Shown: piece by piece, positions 57,388 through 64,000 of the stretch
Position numbering within the stretch: position 1 is the stretch's first letter
Layout: the number at the start of each line of letters is the position of its first letter
Assembly (NCBI GenBank): GCA_963695895.1
Contig: CAVOIK010000022.1
Coordinates: 70,485 to 134,484, forward strand
Source of the DNA: an uncultured delta proteobacterium
GTDB lineage: Bacteria > Desulfobacterota > BSN033 > UBA1163
Direction of reading: 5' to 3'
Length of the DNA stretch: 64,000 nucleotides
Notes under the pieces: generated by a model
Told to the model about the DNA's origin: nothing
Database searches by the model: none
Seen by the model: only the letters and a program-made list of their open reading frames with translations
Made by a program: the position numbers and the translations under genes

Positions 57388-58644
57388 TCATCGCCCGTTT
57401 TTCATGAAGTCCGTGACCTTTTTCCCCCGCTTGGTCATGATGGCGTTGTGAGCTCTGAGCCGGATGGCGTTGACGACGATGAACCCATACGAATCCTGTT
57501 GATCGAAGCCGCCCTCAATGTCCATGCTCGAGAGGTCCTTGTCATAGAGTGAACTCGGTGACTCCCGACCCGTGATGAGGACGTTGCCTTTGTAAAGTGT
57601 CAAGTGGACGACTCCGTCAATCACCTCTTGGCTTTTGTTGATGGCGGCCATGAGAAAGTCCATTTCCGGTGAGAACCAGAAACCATAGTAGACGATCTCA
57701 GCGAACTTGGGGGCTAACATGTCCCGTAGCCGCATGACCTCGCGGTCCATAGCGATTCCCTCGATGTCCATGTGGGCGGCGCGGAGGATCGTCAGTCCGG
57801 GTGTTTCGTAGACTCCTCGGCTCTTGATCCCGACGAATCGGTTTTCGACCATGTCCACCCGACCGATGCCGTTCTCAGCGCCAACGGCGTTAAGATAGGT
57901 AAACAGGTCGTAAGGTGAACTTTTTGTCATGTTGTGGGTTCGGTCGACGACCTTGACGGGGATGCCGTCCTTGAAATGGATGGAAAGACGCGTCTCCTCG
58001 TTCGGCGCATCCTTAGGGTTTTTTGTCCAAGAGAAGACGTTTTCTCCAGGTTCGGCCTCAGGGTCCTCCAGGATTCCCGACTCATGGCTGATGTGGATGA
58101 GGTTAGCGTCTTCGCTGAACGGTTTGGCCTTCGACACCTTCACATCAATGCCGTGGGCTGCTGCGTAGGAGAGGAGGTCGCTCCGGCCTTTGAATGTCGC
58201 AAGGAATTCCTTGTCCTTCCAGGGCGAGATGACCTTGATCCCCGGATCGAGGGCGTAATAGCTCAACTCGAAGCGGACTTGGTCGTTGCCTTTGCCCGTC
58301 GCACCGTGGGCGATGAAGGGGGCCTTCTCGATATGGGCGATTTCAATTTGCCGCTTGGCGATGAGTGGTCGGGCGAGCGATGTGCCCAGAAGATAGCGGC
58401 CTTCGTAGATGGCATTTGCCTTAATAGCGGCAAACACGTAATCGGTGATGAGCTCGTTTTTTAGGTCTTCAATATAAACCTTGGAAGCCCCGGTCGCACG
58501 GGCCTTGGCTGCGACAGCCTCGAAATCCTCTTTCTGGCCGACGTCGGCCACGTAGGCAATGACCTCGTAGCCTTTCTCGACCAACCACTTTAGGATAACC
58601 GATGTGTCTAACCCACCGGAATAAGCAAGCACAATTTTGTCCAT
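57388..58644 (-). CDS. argG: argininosuccinate synthase
   Basis: 418-aa ORF with '[11 protein letters not shown]', '[15 protein letters not shown]' and '[17 protein letters not shown]'. Confidence 0.93.
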   Translation of the reverse strand: MDKIVLAYSGGLDTSVILKWLVEKGYEVIAYVADVGQKEDFEAVAAKARATGASKVYIEDLKNELITDYVFAAIKANAIYEGRYLLGTSLARPLIAKRQIEIAHIEKAPFIAHGATGKGNDQVRFELSYYALDPGIKVISPWKDKEFLATFKGRSDLLSYAAAHGIDVKVSKAKPFSEDANLIHISHESGILEDPEAEPGENVFSWTKNPKDAPNEETRLSIHFKDGIPVKVVDRTHNMTKSSPYDLFTYLNAVGAENGIGRVDMVENRFVGIKSRGVYETPGLTILRAAHMDIEGIAMDREVMRLRDMLAPKFAEIVYYGFWFSPEMDFLMAAINKSQEVIDGVVHLTLYKGNVLITGRESPSSLYDKDLSSMDIEGGFDQQDSYGFIVVNAIRLRAHNAIMTKRGKKVTDFMKNGR

Positions 58645-58954
58645 AAAGGTCTCCTTTCATTATCTTGCGTTTTCTCTCTCTGTGAATGACGAGTGTGTCC
58701 GGCGGCTAGGCCGGAGGAAAAGGGGGGATTTAGCGGCGCCTGGCGCGCCTGCGGAAAAGGCGGACACGATTCCATGGTCGCTCAGAGGGGCTGTTTGAAG
58801 TTTTGTTCGGCATCGAGTTCTTATCCCTAAGTGTCCAAGACGATCAAGTTCCCTTGAAAGCCAATTAAATATAAGAAAAGAGGACTTCCGTGTCAAGGGA
58901 CAACAAGGCCATAAAACATGGGAGTATTTTCTAACCTGTCAAGGAAAAGACACT

Positions 58955-59986
58955 CTATCCTCTCTGATCGATCACTCTCTGACACTCTCCGGTGAGCTCG
59001 CGGAGCCGGCGTAGAGAAACCACCTGTGTGGCTGCAAGGTGAAGGCTGCGAAGACCGGCAGGGATGTGGTTGAGATAGGTTTTCAGCTCTTTTTTGAGGC
59101 CCAAAAATCCATAGGCTCCAAGGGCCTGCATGAGGCGCTGTGCCGAGGCTTCCCAAAATGTGTTCTGGAAGGCAGCCAGGTCAATTTCCAATTTGGAGAG
59201 TTCATAGTAAAAGGATAGAAGTTCATAGCGCTCGCTGTCGGAAAAAATCACATAGGGATCGCAAAGAAGCGAACCAAGATCGTAGAAAAAACTCCCAAAG
59301 CGCATTCCCTGGAAGTCAATGAAGAAGGGTTCGCCGTTTCGGACCATCACGTTCTGGGATTGCAGATCCCGGTGAACGAGAGAGCGCTTTGTTGCCATAA
59401 GTCGCTCTGCTAGTTTGGAGAGTTCGGCTTCAAGTTCACGCTCAAAGGAAGGCTCGAGTTTGATGCCGCAAGCATCCCTGACAAAATGATGCCTGAAGTA
59501 GTCTCGCTCCCAGCGGTAGAGATCAGGGCCAAATCCTTCCATGAGCCTCACGCGGCTCGAAGGAAAGTCTCTTTCGGGAAAAGCATGAAGTCTGTGCGCG
59601 ACGGTAAGCGTCTTTTGGTAAAGAGATCTTCGAACCTCCCAGGGGTTTTCCCTGAGGGACCAGAGGTCCGTATCCCCGAGGTCTTCCATGACGATGAGAC
59701 AGCGGGTTGAATCGTGGCGGATTAACTTCGGTACCGGGACATCGATGTCAACGAGAAATGCGGCAATGTCGGCATAGTACGTGTTCTCCACACGCTTCGG
59801 ATCGTAACGCACGAGGATGACCGAATCGTTACGGCTCCATCTCAACCGGAAGAACGCCCGATCTGATCCTCTCCCCTCCAAGGGAGAGAGTTCAATGACG
59901 GCGGACTCCGAAAGCCCCAAGGCCTCTCGAACAAAGCCGATCATGTCTTGATATTTCGGATTTCGAAATTCGGATTGCGGACTCAT
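58955..59986 (-). CDS. APH/choline-kinase-fold sugar kinase, AmgK-like (anomeric MurNAc/GlcNAc kinase candidate)
   Basis: 343-aa ORF with '[11 protein letters not shown]', 'VMEDLGD', the catalytic loop '[13 protein letters not shown]' and '[23 protein letters not shown]'. Its start overlaps the upstream nucleotidyltransferase stop (ATGA). Confidence 0.6.
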   Translation of the reverse strand: MSPQSEFRNPKYQDMIGFVREALGLSESAVIELSPLEGRGSDRAFFRLRWSRNDSVILVRYDPKRVENTYYADIAAFLVDIDVPVPKLIRHDSTRCLIVMEDLGDTDLWSLRENPWEVRRSLYQKTLTVAHRLHAFPERDFPSSRVRLMEGFGPDLYRWERDYFRHHFVRDACGIKLEPSFERELEAELSKLAERLMATKRSLVHRDLQSQNVMVRNGEPFFIDFQGMRFGSFFYDLGSLLCDPYVIFSDSERYELLSFYYELSKLEIDLAAFQNTFWEASAQRLMQALGAYGFLGLKKELKTYLNHIPAGLRSLHLAATQVVSLRRLRELTGECQRVIDQRG

Positions 59987-60774
59987 TTATCTAAGATTCT
60001 CGATCCTGCGCGCCATTTTCTTTGATGGTTTTGCCGCTCCATGCGCTTTGCCGTTTCTTGGTAGGCTTCGAGGGAGCCGATGTCGTGCCACTCCCCTTCG
60101 TCAACAATCATCCCACGGATGGACCCCGGTCTTTGTACAATGCTTCTGATGAACACATCAACAATGGATTCGATCTTCCCAGCCTCCAGAAACTGGAGGA
60201 ACGATGTATCCACAGTGTAAATGCCGGCAAAGAGGCAACTTTTGACTCCCGGATTTTTCAGGGTGTGCCGAAGGTCGCAGATCTCACCAGCCTCATTGAT
60301 GTTTACATTCAATAAAGGGCCGCTGCTTCTCAGAGCAAGCGTCACATCGGGTCGTTTCTGTTCATGGGCCTCAAGAAGTTTCTGTAAAGGAAGGTTGGTC
60401 AACACATCGCCGTTGTAACAGAGGATAGCTTCGTCCTCTTTGAGGAGATCTTCGATGTTTTTCAGTCCTCCTGCTGTCTCCAGCAGAATGGGTTCATGGC
60501 GAAAAGTAATGGGCACGCCGCGCCATTGCCTGTCAGGGAATTTCTCCGAGTAAACCTTTGGACAGTGATGGGTATTTACGATGAAGCGATCCACGCCGAC
60601 GTTCAGGAGGTGATCCATGACGTAAGTGATGATTGGACGTCCCCCGATCTCGAGAAGTGGCTTCGGGATGCGCTCTGTTAATGGACGAAGCCGAGTCCCC
60701 AGTCCAGCCCCCAGGATAAAAGCTGTCTTGAATCGTCGTCGTTTCAAAGCGTTCTCACTCGCTGGAAGCAGCAT
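59983..60774 (-). CDS. sugar-1-phosphate nucleotidyltransferase, MurU-like
   Basis: 263-aa ORF with '[32 protein letters not shown]', the signature G-x-G-x-R-x(n)-K motif. Confidence 0.65.
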   Translation of the reverse strand: MLLPASENALKRRRFKTAFILGAGLGTRLRPLTERIPKPLLEIGGRPIITYVMDHLLNVGVDRFIVNTHHCPKVYSEKFPDRQWRGVPITFRHEPILLETAGGLKNIEDLLKEDEAILCYNGDVLTNLPLQKLLEAHEQKRPDVTLALRSSGPLLNVNINEAGEICDLRHTLKNPGVKSCLFAGIYTVDTSFLQFLEAGKIESIVDVFIRSIVQRPGSIRGMIVDEGEWHDIGSLEAYQETAKRMERQNHQRKWRAGSRILDK

Positions 60775-60955
60775 CTGTCACCACAGAGCACAGAGTACAC
60801 GGAGGAAGATTTTTTGTGGAGAATCGGGAGATACCGATTCCCCAAAAACTCTCGTAGACTTTTGTCAAGCCCCGCGAGCACATCTTCAATTGGCGGGATC
60901 TCCGCGCATTGAGGAACCTCTGCGTTCTCTGTGTCTCCGCGGTGAACCCACTTCC

Positions 60956-62248
60956 TTACGTCTTCTTTCCGAACTCCGGATCGATCTTCACCAGGGCGGT
61001 CACGATGAATCCCGGAATGGTCGCGGCCATGACCCAGAGGAAATAGTTCTGATAGCCTAGCTGCTCCTGAAGCCAACCGCTGAACATGGCTGGTAGCATC
61101 ATGCCCAAAGCCATAATTCCTGTGGCGATGGCATAGTGGACCGTCTTATACTCCCCCTCCGACACCATGATCATAAACATCGTGTAAGCGGTAAAGCCGA
61201 AACCGTAACCGAACTGCTCTACAGCAACGCAGAGGTTAATGACATGGATATTATTAGGCATGGCTTGTGACAGATAGACATAGACGAGATCAGGCAGATG
61301 CATGGCACAGGCCATGACCCAAATCCAGAACTTGAGCCCCTTTCTGTAAATGGCATACCCGCCGAGAAGTCCTCCCAGTAATAGCGCAATGACTCCCACG
61401 GTGCCGTAGACGATCCCTACCTCGGATGTCGTAAGCCCCAGTCCACCTTTTGAGCCAGGGTCAAGCAGAAAGGGTGCCAGGATCTTGACAATCTGGGTTT
61501 CGGCGAACCGGTAAAAGAAGAAGAAAGCAAGAATGCTCACGATGTGTTTCTTCCTGAAGAAGAGGCCAAAGATGTGGGAGAAATCGGCGGAGAGAGACGT
61601 CGAAAGGCTGCGGCTAGCCGGACGGTCCACAGCAGGGTAGGGAAGAATAAAGAAATGATAAAGGAGAAGTGCGCCAAAGACGGCAGCCCCCACAAAGAAG
61701 CTGATGGACCAGGCGGCAGGGATAGTATGACCGCTCCCTTCAAGGGTACCTGCAAATATGACGAGCCCACCCTTGGTGGCGATTGTGGCGATGCGGTAGA
61801 AAGTTGTTCGGACGCCGACAAAGGCAGCCTGGAGATCCTGCGAAAGGCCGATCATGTAAAAACCGTCGGCAGCGATGTCGTGGGTTGCCGAGCTGAAGGC
61901 CATGAGCCAGAAGAAGGCGAGGGTATACTGGAAGAACCGAACAGTCGGGACGGTGAATGCAATGCAGGCAAGAGATGTCCCGATAAGGAGCTGCATCAGA
62001 ACAATCCAGTAACGCTTCGTCCTGAAGAGGTCAACCAACGGACTCCAGAATGGTTTAATGACCCAAGGAAGATAGAGCCAGCTTGTGTAAAGGGCGATAT
62101 CCGTGTTCGAGATGCCGAGGCGCTTGTAGAGAACCACTGAGACCGTCATCGCCATGGTGTAAGGGATTCCCTCGGCCATGTAGAGAGACGGAACCCAGGA
62201 CCAGGGGGTTCGTGAGGTCGGTTTCTGTTTGGCCATGCTCTTTGACAA
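60956..62248 (-). CDS. ampG: AmpG-family MFS permease (muropeptide/anhydro-disaccharide importer candidate)
   Basis: 430-aa ORF with 'LYMAEGIPYTMA', 'LYLPWVIKPFWSPLVD' and 'SSATHDIAADGFY', which parallel AmpG's 'F.WsPl.D' and 'aSqDi..Da' motifs. Confidence 0.6.
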   Translation of the reverse strand: MSKSMAKQKPTSRTPWSWVPSLYMAEGIPYTMAMTVSVVLYKRLGISNTDIALYTSWLYLPWVIKPFWSPLVDLFRTKRYWIVLMQLLIGTSLACIAFTVPTVRFFQYTLAFFWLMAFSSATHDIAADGFYMIGLSQDLQAAFVGVRTTFYRIATIATKGGLVIFAGTLEGSGHTIPAAWSISFFVGAAVFGALLLYHFFILPYPAVDRPASRSLSTSLSADFSHIFGLFFRKKHIVSILAFFFFYRFAETQIVKILAPFLLDPGSKGGLGLTTSEVGIVYGTVGVIALLLGGLLGGYAIYRKGLKFWIWVMACAMHLPDLVYVYLSQAMPNNIHVINLCVAVEQFGYGFGFTAYTMFMIMVSEGEYKTVHYAIATGIMALGMMLPAMFSGWLQEQLGYQNYFLWVMAATIPGFIVTALVKIDPEFGKKT

Positions 62249-62386
62249 CCGGAATGTTGGGAAAATGGAATGTTGGAAGATTGCGTCTAACTGAAAACGA
62301 CCGAAAAATCAACAATCGCTCTTACTTCTCACCTATTCCGATCTTTTCCCATTATTCCACCATTCCATTACTCCATTTCTCCTTCT

Positions 62387-63807
62387 TTAGTAAACCTTCT
62401 CAATCTCTATGTTCCTGAAATAATGCTTCAGGATTGCCTCGGCTGAAAATCCCCGAGTGGCCATCACAGCGGCGCCGATCTGGCAGAGCCCCACGCCGTG
62501 TCCCCAACCAGCACCATGGAAGATAACTCGGCCGCCTTCAAATGTCACAACGAATGCGCTGCTGTAAAGATGACTCCTGGAAAGCCAGCGCCGTATTTCG
62601 AGCTCCTTCCCTACAACCATGCTTTTCTTCGACCCGACAATTCTAAGCCGAAAGATCCTTCCTGAAGGGCCACGGCGAAGGGGTACGATGTCGTCAAGAG
62701 TGCCAAAATCAAATCCAGATTTTTCTCGCAGGATCTTTTCCAGCTCTTCTCGACGATATTCAACCGTCCAGCGGAAGAAAGTCTCCGTCTTGCGGTCGAA
62801 ATCGGGAAGGACTTTGTCGAGAAGGGCCTTGTCTTTTGTGTTGCAGTAGGTTTGAGGGTCCGAAAGTATCCAGCGCCGAGCTTCTTCCTCCGTCCTGATT
62901 CGCTGATGGGAGATAGTTGCGTCGGAGATGCTATCAAGATAGGGGACTTCTCTATTATCCCAGGCCGTGCCAAAATCCTCTGTGAGCCCTCCACAGCACT
63001 TGGAGTATCGAGCGTCACAGATTTCACCTTGATAGGTGATGACCCTCCCGTGGGTTTCTTGGGTAGCTTCTTCAACTTGTGTGGATACTATCTTCGTGAT
63101 GCCCTGATAACGCTGGCAGTGGTCATCGGCACACACATCGAAGAGATCGTGATCCTCCCGGTCATACCAGCGTATCACCTCCTCCTCCCGGCAACGGGAA
63201 GTTACGTCCTCGGAACTGGAGCAATGCGCTATCTTTTGGCCGGGATGTCGCCCCACAGGGGCGGCTAATGAGACCGCACGCTTGTTCGTGGGGCTCCATC
63301 GGTAATCTTTTCTGTCGTTGAGGGCCTTTTCCCCAATTTGTTCTTTTGATTGAGCGCGGCCAGAAGCCAACTTCTGGAGAGCATCGCGTGGGCCTTCAGA
63401 AATTCCATCGGGGCGTGGGCATTCATCTCCGAGGAGATCACACTTGTCAGATAATCCTCTAGGGAGATTTCATTGATGACAGCGATTGTCCCGTCCTCTC
63501 GAAGCCGAAACATTAGGTCTCCCTGGAAGGTTTGGTCCTCTGTCCTCTCCCAGTGAAACTGGTTTCCGATGGTAACGTTGGAGAGCGAAAAGGTTGACGC
63601 CTCCTCTGGCGTGAGTCTGATCGATAGAGAACGGTGGATCTCACGACGGGCCGCGTCAAGAAGCACGATCATTCCCGCCTCTGACCTTGCCGAAAAGCGG
63701 CCTGAGAGAGAACCGAACGGCTCCCCGCGGAAAGATCCATTTAGACAGCCGTTAATTTCGGTCCTGCCTTCCATGATGCCGACTGTGATTTTGGGTTGCT
63801 GTTTCAT
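62387..63807 (-). CDS. SpoIID/LytB-domain protein; one frameshift
   Basis: ORFs 63265..63807 and 62387..63370 are colinear, with 'ISLEDYLTSVISSEMNAHAPMEFLKAHAMLSRSW', 'FDVCADDHCQRYQG', 'CDARYSKCCGG' and 'GAGWGHGVGLCQIGA'. The frame break lies somewhere in 63300-63370. Confidence 0.75.
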
Positions 63808-63882
63808 GCTAAAAGAAGGATTCTAGGTTCCAAGGGTTCTAGGGTTCAAGGGTTCATTCTAGACTTCCTATCTTTGCGGTTC

Positions 63883-63999
63883 TTAACTTTCGCACTGGCA
63901 GGTAAGGATTTCACCAAAATAGAGACGGTGAAAATCACCCTTTGGATACAATTCGGGAACGATGGATTTTCTCAATTCCGATGGGATCAGATCATTTTT
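63883..63999 (-). CDS. 3' end of an unidentified ORF running off the window
   Basis: An open frame from the window edge reads '...NDLIPSELRKSIVPELYPKGDFHRLYFGEILTCQCES' and ends at TAA 63883-63885. I recognise no family. Confidence 0.25.
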   Translation of the reverse strand, partial: KNDLIPSELRKSIVPELYPKGDFHRLYFGEILTCQCES

Positions 64000-64000
64000 A

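Noticed and set aside
1-64000. I looked for rRNA and tRNA genes, transposases, integrases, cas genes, toxin-antitoxin pairs and restriction-modification genes.
   Set aside because: None was found. No cloverleaf-like or rRNA-like segments appear in the intergenic regions, and no ORF has DDE, tyrosine or serine recombinase or nuclease-methylase motifs. The absence is by visual inspection only.

Overview
This is a 64-kb bacterial chromosomal window from a diderm-type organism (pldA, an LpxC domain, an AmpG-like permease). I cannot assign a lineage from the sequence alone. Positions 1-14446 on the + strand hold an uninterrupted division/cell-wall (dcw) cluster: murE (5' end cut by the window edge), murF, mraY, murD, ftsW, murG, murC, murB, ddl, ftsQ, ftsA, ftsZ. 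The remaining ~50 kb is a mosaic of housekeeping and accessory genes. In order it contains two radical-SAM genes and a sigma-54-promoted collagen-like (Gly-X-Thr) locus. That locus sits next to a GT-C/TMTC-like TPR glycosyltransferase and a GT2-GtrA fusion. Then come pldA, a polar amino-acid ABC transporter with a racemase-fold gene and a saccharopine-dehydrogenase-like gene, and a ~900-aa secreted NHL/FN3 protein. After these are a sirtuin, a receiver-domain::LpxC fusion, a tungsten-type aldehyde:ferredoxin oxidoreductase, and a decaying hexuronate/TRAP island that includes an in-frame kduI-kduD deletion chimera. The window ends with HU, two MFS genes, fabH, argG, a DUF4922-GNAT-GT2 trio, and a block of SpoIID, AmpG-like, nucleotidyltransferase and kinase genes that looks like peptidoglycan sugar salvage. 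I see three window-wide patterns. (1) A family of GC-rich nested-hairpin (REP/MITE-like) elements with core CCCGCCC-loop-GGGCGGGGAGCTTCAC occupies at least 9 intergenic sites between 25.8 and 50.1 kb. (2) Several other spacers are built from short word arrays opposed by their complements. (3) There are roughly 17-20 reading-frame breaks, several at homopolymers, so many genes appear split in the ORF track; this may be sequencing error or real decay. I found no rRNA, tRNA, CRISPR array, transposase or integrase. The most interesting candidates are the collagen-like plus GT-C plus GtrB/GtrA-like module, which may be an extracytoplasmic O-glycosylation system, and the REC-LpxC fusion. All functional calls rest on motif recognition by eye, with no database searches.
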